DNA from: a virus
Taxonomy: Duplodnaviria > Caudoviricetes
Length of the DNA: 26,511 bases
IMG/VR virus record: IMGVR_UViG_3300032318_002408
Location: 1 to 26,511 of that record
Strand: one strand, 5' to 3'
Shown: in pieces, positions 15,762 through 23,753 of the stretch
How the letters are laid out: each line of letters starts with the position of its first letter
Numbering within the stretch: the stretch's first letter is position 1
Made by a program: the position numbers and the translations under genes
The notes under the pieces: generated by a model
What the model was told of the DNA's origin: nothing
Databases searched by the model: none
The model's input: the letters and a program-made list of their open reading frames with translations, nothing else

Positions 15762-18700
15762 ATGTCTGACGTAACAACTGGAAAAGGTTTTGATTCTGAA
15801 TTTATAACACATCCTCCAAGATGGTTTGGTAGAGTCGTATCTAAAGAATCTTGGACGGGAAACATTGAAAGTGAAAAATTTGATAAAGTTAGTGACATTA
15901 AAGGTTGGGGATATCGATATAAAATAAGAATTTTTGGTTGGCATACAGGAGACAAGAATATTCTTCCTGATGAACAGCTTGTAATGGCAAATACTGTTTT
16001 GCCAGTTACTGCTGGTTCAGGACTTGGTGGTTCAGCAACAACTCCATCAATTGAACCAGGTTCAGTGGTAACTGGATTTTTTATGGATGCCATGGGCGGG
16101 CAGGAACCTTACATCGATGGTATTCTTGGAAACTCTAACAATAATGTTCCAAAACAACAAGGTGGACAATCTCCTCAAGATTCTGCATCAAAATCCTTAC
16201 CCTCACCTCCTGCTCCAGAAAATGTTGATCAATTAAGTTCAACTTCATTACAGAGACTATTAAATCCTGGAAGAACTCCAACAGCAGCAGAATTTAAAGC
16301 AGCATCGGAAGCAAGGGCAAACGCAAGAGCAGCAGGACTTCCACCTGCAGAAGTTGAAAGACAAGTTCTGGCTGCAACAGTTAAAGCATCAAGATCACCT
16401 GCTGCAGCAGCAAACAGTCAATCACAAATTCAACCGAATACTATAGGTTATGCACTCTTTAATGATACCTATAAAGATGGAACAAATGCAAGAAAAGTTC
16501 CAGAAGACAGAATAGTTGCAAATACACCATTATCCATAATGGATGCGGTTAATATTAAAACTTTTGCTTCTGGATATCAAAGGGAAGACAGTATTATTGA
16601 AGTTCCCTTACTAGATGTTTCTAAAAAGAATAACTCTCCAATGAAAGGTATTCAACAAACTATAAAAAATTTGTTGAATGCTGTTGAATTATTAAAAAAG
16701 AAATTTAATGAAGCATCGGCAATATTGGGAGGAGTAAATTTTCAGACATTAATTCAAAAAGCAATTGAAGCTGCGTGTAAAGATATTTCGGGATTTATTA
16801 AAACCATTGTACAAGGAATTAAATCATTTATTTTTGGAAAATTAAATGAAAATGTAAGAAAAATTACTCCAAATTTATTTCCAAGTGAAATGCCAAGATT
16901 ATATGATAAAGTTGCAAAAGGAACCGATACTTTATCATGTGTTTTTAAAAATATTATCGGAGGTTTGGGTAAATTAGTTTGTAGTATTCTTCCAAAGCTT
17001 TTAGATAATAGCATCATTGCCGCTCCATGCGTTTCTCAAAATTTTACAGAATCAATTTTAAATTCTATTCTTGGTACAGTTACTGGAGCATTAAGTTTAG
17101 TTCTTAAGCCTATTAATGGAATTTTTAGTGGAATTTCTGGAATTGTTTCTCTTGGAGAAAATGTACTTGGCACGGTAGCATCTGGAGTATCTGGTATTAT
17201 TGGTAGTATTTCTGGAGTTGCTAATCAAATTAGCGGTGCTTTTGGGCAACTGAATAGTATTTCTGGTTCTTTGGGTTCTATTGGAACTCAAGTTCAAGGA
17301 TTTGGATCACAACTTGGATCTGCACTTTCAAATATTCAAGGAATTTCTTCGCCAAATTCAACTCTTTTAAGTGCTATAGATTTTGTTCCTGGAATTTTAA
17401 AATTCTTTTCTTGTGATACTGAACAAAAAGCACCTTCTTATAATAAAACAACTCAAGATCGTGCAGCATCACCTATAGAGGGTGGAATGGGATTATTTGG
17501 AAATATTTCAAAAACTATAGGAGATGTTTCAAATATTCAAAGTCAAATTGGAGGAATTGTTGGTTCAATTACTAATGTTGTTGGGCAAGTGCAGAGTTTA
17601 ATTGCTCAAGGATTAGCAATTCCTGCAAGTTTACTAAGTCAAATTTCTGGAATAGTTGGACAATTTGGTAACATATTAGGACAATTTGAATCATTTTCTA
17701 AAGGTGTTAGTGGATCAAAAAGTTCCTCTGCTTGTAATAGTGGACCGATTCCAAGTGGACCTCCAATAGTTATTATTTCCAATACACCAGATAATGGAGC
17801 TCAAGTAATTTTAAATACTGCTGGAGGAACTGGAGGAACTCCTATAACTGCTGGAGGAACTGGAGGAACTCCTATAACTGCTGGAGGAACTGGAGGAACT
17901 CCTGTAACTGTTGGAGGAGGAGCTCTTATAACTGCTGGAGGAACTCCTATAACTGCTGGAGGAACTGGAGGAACTCCTATAACTGCTGGAGGAACTCCTA
18001 TAACTGCTGGAGGAACTGGAGGAATTCCTATAACTGCTGGAGGAACTGGAGGAACTCCTGTAACTGCTGGAGGAACTCCTGTAACTGCTGGAGGAATTGC
18101 CGTAACTGTTGGAGGAACTGGAGGAACTCCTATAACTGCTGGAGGAACTGGAGGAACAAATACAATTCCAATACCTACTACAGGCGGCGGCACTGGAGCA
18201 TTTGCAATTCCTGTGATTAGTCCTATTTCATCATCAATTATTGCATTTGATATTGTCAATTCAGGATCTGGATATTCAATACCACCAAATATTGAAATTT
18301 ATGACGCTTCAGGTAAAGGAAGTGGTGCATCTGTAGTAGCAAATATGCAACCAGATATAGATTCTTCTACGGGAGTAGTAAAAACTGATAATAATGGCAC
18401 CGAATTGATGAAAATTAAAAGTATCACTATTGTTTCACCTGGAGATGGATATCTTGCGGCGCCAGATGGAAGTCTTGGTGGTAATGGTAGAGTATGGAAA
18501 GAAGTTGATGAAGGATATGTGCAAACTGAAGACGGAAATTATTATATCGTTCAACCATTCCGTCCGATTGCAGCAAAAGCAGGCGATACCTATTATCCTC
18601 CAGATGGTTCTCCCGTTGTTTTGAAAGAGGATCAAATTATTACACTTCCATTAGTTCCTGTAACACCACCAAAACCAGAAACTATTGGAATACCTTATAA

Positions 18701-19028
18701 TGTTGTTTTATCTATTGATTCTATTGAAGTTCTTGATAGTGGTTTTGGATATAATCCAGAAGATTCTATTATTATCACTCCGGATAATGGAGCAATAGCA
18801 GAACTGGTAGTAAATGATGACGGTACTATTGATAAGATAAATATTACCAGTCCTGGAACTGGATTTACTGATATTCCGGAAATTAGAACAAATTCTACAA
18901 CAGGATTTAATGCAATATTCTCACCTGTATTGAAGGTTACAAGAGTACCTACAACAACAGAACCAGAAACTCCAGTACCAGCGGATAAAATTATTTCAGT
19001 AATTGATTGTGTAGGTAAACTATTCTGA
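15762..19028 (+). CDS. gp5: gp5-like baseplate hub/spike protein: N-terminal OB fold, long low-complexity middle, no evident lysozyme domain
   Basis: WFGRV...YRYKIRIFGWH...LP..VTGFFMD...QEPYI.G OB-fold motifs; C-terminal I...GSGY beta repeats ending VIDCVGK. Confidence 0.75.
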   Translation: MSDVTTGKGFDSEFITHPPRWFGRVVSKESWTGNIESEKFDKVSDIKGWGYRYKIRIFGWHTGDKNILPDEQLVMANTVLPVTAGSGLGGSATTPSIEPGSVVTGFFMDAMGGQEPYIDGILGNSNNNVPKQQGGQSPQDSASKSLPSPPAPENVDQLSSTSLQRLLNPGRTPTAAEFKAASEARANARAAGLPPAEVERQVLAATVKASRSPAAAANSQSQIQPNTIGYALFNDTYKDGTNARKVPEDRIVANTPLSIMDAVNIKTFASGYQREDSIIEVPLLDVSKKNNSPMKGIQQTIKNLLNAVELLKKKFNEASAILGGVNFQTLIQKAIEAACKDISGFIKTIVQGIKSFIFGKLNENVRKITPNLFPSEMPRLYDKVAKGTDTLSCVFKNIIGGLGKLVCSILPKLLDNSIIAAPCVSQNFTESILNSILGTVTGALSLVLKPINGIFSGISGIVSLGENVLGTVASGVSGIIGSISGVANQISGAFGQLNSISGSLGSIGTQVQGFGSQLGSALSNIQGISSPNSTLLSAIDFVPGILKFFSCDTEQKAPSYNKTTQDRAASPIEGGMGLFGNISKTIGDVSNIQSQIGGIVGSITNVVGQVQSLIAQGLAIPASLLSQISGIVGQFGNILGQFESFSKGVSGSKSSSACNSGPIPSGPPIVIISNTPDNGAQVILNTAGGTGGTPITAGGTGGTPITAGGTGGTPVTVGGGALITAGGTPITAGGTGGTPITAGGTPITAGGTGGIPITAGGTGGTPVTAGGTPVTAGGIAVTVGGTGGTPITAGGTGGTNTIPIPTTGGGTGAFAIPVISPISSSIIAFDIVNSGSGYSIPPNIEIYDASGKGSGASVVANMQPDIDSSTGVVKTDNNGTELMKIKSITIVSPGDGYLAAPDGSLGGNGRVWKEVDEGYVQTEDGNYYIVQPFRPIAAKAGDTYYPPDGSPVVLKEDQIITLPLVPVTPPKPETIGIPYNVVLSIDSIEVLDSGFGYNPEDSIIITPDNGAIAELVVNDDGTIDKINITSPGTGFTDIPEIRTNSTTGFNAIFSPVLKVTRVPTTTEPETPVPADKIISVIDCVGKLF
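17817..18157 (+). repeat. Coding minisatellite of about 13 units (30- and 21-bp variants)
   Basis: ACTGCTGGAGGAACTGGAGGAACTCCTATA and ACTGCTGGAGGAACTCCTATA, encoding TAGGTGGTPI and TAGGTPI. Confidence 0.95.
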
Positions 19029-20374
19029 TGACAAAAGCTCAAAATAATGAAACAAAAGATATAAGAACAAAAGACGGAAATCTAAAGTATGGTCATATTC
19101 ATGATGATCAGGTGATTTCTTCTATGATGATGCAAGGGCAAGAGTCTCTTGAATTTGTAACTATTGATCAAAATGATCCTAGAAAGAGATGGATTTGGAC
19201 AAGAAATAGAGGTCGTTATCAGGTTATTTCTGGAGATGATATTTCAGCAGATCAAATAGGAGTTTATATTAGTTCTGCAGGTGGAAATGGACAAGCACCT
19301 GGAAACATTGAAATGTTTAGTAAGGGCACAATTAAAATCCAGGCAGAGAATATTGAGTTAATCGCAACAGGATCTAGTAATGATTCTGGAAATATTTCTC
19401 TTCAAGGTAATCAAAATATTAGACTTGAAGGTGGAAAAGAAATTAATATGGATTCAAAAGAATCCACTTCCATTAGTGCTGCGGCTGACTTAAATCTGAC
19501 TGCCACAAATGCTATGAAGAATAAGGCAGGACATATTCAACAAGAAACTGCTGCCAGTGCTCTCAAAAGACCTGCATTTCCTGTCAATGGAAATACTGAT
19601 TTTCAACATGTTACTGGACAATTATTTGTAACTAGAACAGAAGCAAAACCAGAACCATTGGGAAGAGGATCTAAAAGAATCGATGGTTCTGCTTATATTG
19701 AAGGTCCAATGATTGTTGGAGACGCAGGAACATTTCCCAAAATTTCAGCAACATTAATGATTGGACCTGATACAAATGCAGATTCTCCCAAACCAAATGT
19801 TGGCGGTTCTTATTGCGGAATTCCACCAACTAAACCATCTTTATATGTTGTTGGAAATTCTGTAATTAAGGCAAATCTTTTTGTATCATCAAAAATTCTT
19901 TCTGGTGGAGACATTATTGCATCTGGAGATGTAAGATCTCAATGTGGAGGACATATTCTATCTGCAAAGAAAAATTTTGATATTCCTCACCCAACTAAAG
20001 AAAATTGGAGACTTAGACACACTTGCCCAGAAGGACCATCTAATGATGTTTATATTCGTGGTAGAGTAACTAATGAAACTGAAATTGAACTTCCAGAATA
20101 CTGGACAAATCTTGTAGATTATAGTACAATTACAGTTTCATTAACTCCTATTGGATATAATCAAGATGTAAATGTTAAAGAAATTAATAACAATAAAGTA
20201 TTTCTGCAAACAAAAGATGGAATGACAATTAATTGTTTTTATCATATTTTTGCAGAAAGAAAAGATGGAGAAAAATTAATTCCTGAATATCCAGGAACCT
20301 CGCCCGCAGACTATCCAGGAAACAATGATGAATATTCTGTTTCCGGTTATCATTATGACATAAAGGAGAATTAA
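19028..20374 (+). CDS. Spike-associated structural protein: gp5-C-like beta-helix plus C-terminal FDIPHP..EGP domain
   Basis: Periodic beta-strand pattern (GNISLQGNQNIRLEGGKEINMDS); C-terminal domain shared with the next ORF. Confidence 0.55.
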   Translation: MTKAQNNETKDIRTKDGNLKYGHIHDDQVISSMMMQGQESLEFVTIDQNDPRKRWIWTRNRGRYQVISGDDISADQIGVYISSAGGNGQAPGNIEMFSKGTIKIQAENIELIATGSSNDSGNISLQGNQNIRLEGGKEINMDSKESTSISAAADLNLTATNAMKNKAGHIQQETAASALKRPAFPVNGNTDFQHVTGQLFVTRTEAKPEPLGRGSKRIDGSAYIEGPMIVGDAGTFPKISATLMIGPDTNADSPKPNVGGSYCGIPPTKPSLYVVGNSVIKANLFVSSKILSGGDIIASGDVRSQCGGHILSAKKNFDIPHPTKENWRLRHTCPEGPSNDVYIRGRVTNETEIELPEYWTNLVDYSTITVSLTPIGYNQDVNVKEINNNKVFLQTKDGMTINCFYHIFAERKDGEKLIPEYPGTSPADYPGNNDEYSVSGYHYDIKEN

Positions 20375-20375
20375 A

Positions 20376-21035
20376 ATGCCAGAAGATGTAGATTTAAAAA
20401 TAACAAAAAAAGAAAGTGGTTTTTGTGGAGATGTTACTCCATCTGGAAACAAATCCACCCGTTTTGATTATGTTGTAAAGAGCATACAAAATGATAAATT
20501 TTTTGATACTGATTGCACTCCCTTTTTATACGGGAATATGCAAGTTGATAATATGCAAATTAACGGAACTGCGACAGGAGATTTTAGAGGGACTTGTAGT
20601 TTAGTTGGTACAATCAATGTTCAATCATGGAAAGGATTTGACATACAACATCCAACCAAAGAAAATCATCGCTTAAGATATGTTTGTCTTGAAGGACCTG
20701 AAGGTGGTGTTTATATTCGCGGAAGAGTTAAAAATGAAACTGAAATTGAACTTCCTGACTATTGGAAGAATCTTGTGGATATTCAATCAATTACAGTTTC
20801 TTTAACTCCAATTGGTTCCCATCAAGATGTAATTGTGAAAAGATGGGATGAATCCAAAATTTATCTTCAAGCAAGCGGTGGAATGCCTGTCGATTGCTTT
20901 TATCATATTTTTGCCGAAAGAAAAGATGGGGAAAAATTAATTGTAGAATATAAAGGAGAAACTCCTGCAGATTACCCAGGAAATGCTTCGCAATATTCTA
21001 TTGCTGGTTATGATTACGGAAGGCAGACGCCTTGA
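20376..21035 (+). CDS. Structural protein paralogous to the C-terminus of the preceding gene
   Basis: KGFDIQHPTKENHRLRYVCLEGPEGGVYIRGRVKNETEIELPDYW...CFYHIFAERKDGEKLI; AAGGAG RBS. Confidence 0.6.
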   Translation: MPEDVDLKITKKESGFCGDVTPSGNKSTRFDYVVKSIQNDKFFDTDCTPFLYGNMQVDNMQINGTATGDFRGTCSLVGTINVQSWKGFDIQHPTKENHRLRYVCLEGPEGGVYIRGRVKNETEIELPDYWKNLVDIQSITVSLTPIGSHQDVIVKRWDESKIYLQASGGMPVDCFYHIFAERKDGEKLIVEYKGETPADYPGNASQYSIAGYDYGRQTP

Positions 21036-21060
21036 CAAGCGCCACAGGATACCCTATAAT
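21032..21060 (+). promoter_or_regulatory. Consensus sigma70 (early-type) promoter
   Basis: TTGACA (21032-21037), 17-nt spacer, TATAAT (21055-21060). Confidence 0.88.
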
Positions 21061-21085
21061 ACCTAGGTAATCAAACGAACCGTGA

Positions 21086-21292
21086 ATGACTTTTGAACTT
21101 CAAGAAGACGAGTATCTGACTCGCTGCGTGGTGAATACAACTGCTCGCACCTTTAGTCTTTATTCTAATAATGGTGATGAAAAGGTAGTGACGTGTGATA
21201 CGGTAACTGAATTTATGAATGTCTTGCAGTTTGTTCGCAATACTCTTGATGAAGATACTATGGTTTATGCTGAACCTTTGATTGCAGGATAA
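21086..21292 (+). CDS. Hypothetical protein, 68 aa
   Basis: First ORF after the consensus promoter; stop overlaps the next ATG. Confidence 0.7.
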   Translation: MTFELQEDEYLTRCVVNTTARTFSLYSNNGDEKVVTCDTVTEFMNVLQFVRNTLDEDTMVYAEPLIAG

Positions 21293-21471
21293 TGCGTCCA
21301 GAAACAAGAACCTCAATGGAGATGTTGTTTACTGCAAAATGGAACTTGCCGAAAGCAGCAAAACATGCTAATCTAACTTGTAAGGAGATGAAGATTACCT
21401 TTAACGAATACTGTAATTTTCATCCACCTACTTATCAATCTGAAAATAACAATCAACTCAATCTTTTTTGA
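21292..21471 (+). CDS. Hypothetical protein, 59 aa (not in ORF track)
   Basis: MRPETRTSMEMLFTAKWNLPKAAKHANLTCKEMKITFNEYCNFHPPTYQSENNNQLNLF*; TAATG coupling with the upstream ORF. Confidence 0.65.
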   Translation: MRPETRTSMEMLFTAKWNLPKAAKHANLTCKEMKITFNEYCNFHPPTYQSENNNQLNLF

Positions 21472-21480
21472 GTTTTTTAT

Positions 21481-21752
21481 GGGAGTGTAGCCCAGCGGAA
21501 GAGGCAGTGGACTTATGAAAATTGAGCCTCATTTAGGAAACTTTATGAGTGTAATTCCTCAAATTCGGTGAAACCTGTAAAATGGCAATACCGAGCCAAG
21601 CATCGCAAGATGAAGGTGTAGAGACTAGACGGGGAACATCTAAACCGAAAGGTATGATGAAGGTATAGTCCAGACCACAAACTCTATGAGGCGGCGAAAG
21701 TCGTAGTGGTAAGAAAATCCATCCAGGGTCGGTTCGAATCCGATCACTCCTA
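21481..21752 (+). tRNA. trnL: tRNA-Leu(UAA) interrupted by a group I intron (exons 21481-21514 and 21714-21752)
   Basis: Joined exons give a 73-nt cloverleaf: acceptor GGGAGTG/CACTCCT, anticodon arm GTGGA-CTT^AAAA-TCCAT, T arm GTCGG-TTCGAAT-CCGAT, discriminator A. No encoded CCA. Confidence 0.9.
21515..21713 (+). ncRNA. Group I intron, 199 nt, IC3/trnL-like, no internal ORF
   Basis: Inserted after U34 and ends in G. IGS-like AATTGAGCC, P AAATTCGGTGAAACC, Q GGCAATACCGAGCC, R GTAGAGACTAGAC, S AAGGTATAGTCC, and GNRA-capped stems (GCAA, GAAA). Confidence 0.92.
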
Positions 21753-21768
21753 TGAACTGATAAACTAA

Positions 21769-21776
21769 TATAAATA
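21769..21776 (+). promoter_or_regulatory. T4-type late promoter for the HNH gene
   Basis: Perfect TATAAATA about 22 nt upstream of ATG 21799. Confidence 0.75.
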
Positions 21777-21798
21777 ACTATGTAATGTGTTTATCAAT

Positions 21799-22512
21799 AT
21801 GAAACATTCTTATTCTGTAGAAGAATTTAAAGGGGCAGTAGAATCCAGTTTTTCTATTGCTCAAGCACTTACTATACTTGGAGTTTCTCCAAAGGGAGGA
21901 AATTATAGAGTCTTTAAAAAATTTGAAAAACTTTATGATATTGATACATCACATTTCACGGGACAGGGACATTTAAAAGGAAAAACCCATAACTTTAATA
22001 CTACTCCATTAAATGAGATATTGGTTAAAGATTATGAATATAGTTCAAATAAATTGAGAAAAAGATTAATAAGTGAAGGAATAAAAGAACATAAATGTGA
22101 ATGTTGTGGTCTAAATGAGTGGTTAGGCGAATCAATACCTTTAGAATTGGATCATATTGATGGGGATCATTATAATAATACATTGGAAAATCTAAAAATA
22201 TTATGCCCTAACTGCCACGCCAAAACACCTACATATCGTGGTAAAAATAAAAAGAATACTAATTCACAAACATTAAAAAATAAAAATCAAATAGCAAGAA
22301 TTAAAAAAATTTATAATTGTTCTTCATGTGAAGTTCAACTTAAAGGAAAGTGTAAAACTGGTTTATGTTTTTCTTGTCATTCAAAATCACAAAGAAAAAT
22401 TGAAAGGCCATCAAAAGAACAATTGGTTAAAGAAATTAAAGAAAGTTCATATATTGCTGTAGGCAAAAAATATGGTGTGAGTGACAATGCTATTCGTAAG
22501 TGGATTAAATAA
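21799..22512 (+). CDS. Free-standing HNH (homing) endonuclease
   Basis: CECCG...LELDHIDGDHYNNTLENLKILCPNCH core, followed by CxxC..CxxC and an HTH-like C-terminus (AVGKKYGVSDNAIRKW). ATG 21799 preferred over GTG 21787. Confidence 0.9.
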   Translation: MKHSYSVEEFKGAVESSFSIAQALTILGVSPKGGNYRVFKKFEKLYDIDTSHFTGQGHLKGKTHNFNTTPLNEILVKDYEYSSNKLRKRLISEGIKEHKCECCGLNEWLGESIPLELDHIDGDHYNNTLENLKILCPNCHAKTPTYRGKNKKNTNSQTLKNKNQIARIKKIYNCSSCEVQLKGKCKTGLCFSCHSKSQRKIERPSKEQLVKEIKESSYIAVGKKYGVSDNAIRKWIK

Positions 22513-22527
22513 ATAAAATCAAAACCA

Positions 22528-22806
22528 ATGAAGCATAAAATAACTTATTCTTACAATTGGTATCAAACTGATAAAGATAAGTTTATTATAAAAACTTATC
22601 ATATCAATCACATTCCATTCACCTTTGATGAATTGCCTTTAATTATTCAAGATGATTCAGAGATTATTGAAAGAGCAAATGGGCAACTAACAATGACACC
22701 AGAAATTTTTTATCAAAAATCATTTTATTTAATAGATGAGGAAGCACATCCTTGTTTATTTGAAATGGACATAGAAAATCCAGATGTACTTGACGAAATA
22801 CTTTAA
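22528..22806 (+). CDS. Hypothetical protein, 92 aa
   Basis: Clean ORF with ATAAATA at 22509-22515 upstream. Confidence 0.7.
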   Translation: MKHKITYSYNWYQTDKDKFIIKTYHINHIPFTFDELPLIIQDDSEIIERANGQLTMTPEIFYQKSFYLIDEEAHPCLFEMDIENPDVLDEIL

Positions 22807-22818
22807 ATACTTTATAAT
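22790..22818 (+). promoter_or_regulatory. sigma70-type promoter for tRNA-Thr and downstream genes
   Basis: TTGACG (22790-22795), 17-nt spacer, TATAAT (22813-22818); the tRNA begins 10 nt later. Confidence 0.8.
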
Positions 22819-22827
22819 ATTTTTATT

Positions 22828-22900
22828 GCCTCTGTAGCTCAGCTGGTAGAGCGCGGCTTTTGTAAAGCCGATGTCGCAAGTTCAAGTCTTGTCGGAGGCT
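22828..22900 (+). tRNA. trnT: tRNA-Thr(UGU)
   Basis: GCCTCTG/CGGAGGC acceptor, GCTC/GAGC D stem, CGGCT-TTTGTAA-AGCCG anticodon arm, GCAAG-TTCAAGT-CTTGT T arm; 73 nt, no CCA. Confidence 0.93.
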
Positions 22901-22925
22901 TAAATACTTAAAACAATATAAAGAT

Positions 22926-23099
22926 ATGAACATTAAACTCTGGTATTGTCAATCAATGAAACAATGGCGTTGGACTTTGACTGATGATCGTCGTCCTATT
23001 ATTCGTCAAGAATCTGGACAACGCCCAGACTTAAGAGATGCAATGAATGATGTGGCAAGTACAGTAGAATATATGTTGGAAACCAGACAAATTCCATGA
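22926..23099 (+). CDS. Hypothetical protein, 57 aa (not in ORF track)
   Basis: MNIKLWYCQSMKQWRWTLTDDRRPIIRQESGQRPDLRDAMNDVASTVEYMLETRQIP*; ATGA overlap with the next gene. Confidence 0.65.
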   Translation: MNIKLWYCQSMKQWRWTLTDDRRPIIRQESGQRPDLRDAMNDVASTVEYMLETRQIP

Positions 23100-23716
23100 G
23101 TAAAAGTGCTTACTTTATAGATAAAGTTGGTAAGAGCGAAATTAAAGATTTACTCTATACTTACCACTATCTTAAAGACGAATCAAAGGACTTTAAAAGC
23201 CATTACAACTATGCACTCTACAGTAACAGTATTACAGATATTCTGCACGTTGGTGGTGCTCTCGGTGTCTGTATCTTTACTAAAATCCCCGTCCCAGAAA
23301 TAGCAGTAAGTGCTTTTGGTTTAGAAAGACATCAACAAGATGGACTTTATGAACTCTCAAGACTTTGCATTCACCCAGATATTCAAAAGGAAGAATATAA
23401 TATTACATCATGGTTCGTAAGTCGTTGTATCAAGAGGTTTAGAAAAGATGCCAATCCTAGGGCTATTATTTCTTATGCTGATTCTTCTAGGCACACTGGA
23501 ATCATCTATCGTGCTGTTAATTTCTCTTATCGGGGTATGACTGATCCAAAAAAAGATTTTTGGATCAAACAATCAAATGGAAACTTTATCAAACATTCCA
23601 GAGGTTCGATTAAAGGATTAAAAGGTGAATGGAGAGACAGAACAAGAAAGCATAGGTTTACTATGGTTTTTGACAAAACCATAAATATATTATGGAAAGA
23701 ACAACCCTGGAACTAA
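23096..23716 (+). CDS. Mom-like GNAT-fold DNA modification enzyme
   Basis: HYL, ELSRL, N.TSWFVSRCIK and IISYAD...HTGIIYRAVNF motifs recalled from the phage Mu Mom family. Confidence 0.75.
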   Translation: MSKSAYFIDKVGKSEIKDLLYTYHYLKDESKDFKSHYNYALYSNSITDILHVGGALGVCIFTKIPVPEIAVSAFGLERHQQDGLYELSRLCIHPDIQKEEYNITSWFVSRCIKRFRKDANPRAIISYADSSRHTGIIYRAVNFSYRGMTDPKKDFWIKQSNGNFIKHSRGSIKGLKGEWRDRTRKHRFTMVFDKTINILWKEQPWN

Positions 23717-23753
23717 GAGGCGATACTAACCAAACCCCTTCCGTGTGCTTCAT

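Noticed and set aside
17817-18157. Possible CRISPR-like array
   Set aside because: Units are contiguous, lack unique spacers and keep the reading frame, so this is a coding tandem repeat.
17801-18259. 152-aa Pro/Val-rich minus-strand ORF
   Set aside because: Antisense shadow of the Gly/Thr minisatellite in gp5; no independent start signals.
19965-21020. Diversity-generating retroelement template/variable repeat pair
   Set aside because: Both copies are coding, differences are not adenine-specific, and no reverse transcriptase is present in the window.
21071-21316. 81-aa minus-strand ORF
   Set aside because: Opposes the plus-strand ORFs that follow a consensus promoter and are translationally coupled.
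21481-21520. Reading the tRNA as a CTTA-containing UAA-suppressor or a pseudogene
   Set aside because: Removing 21515-21713 at canonical U/G group I boundaries gives a regular 7-nt loop with anticodon UAA (Leu). TAA is also used as a normal stop throughout.
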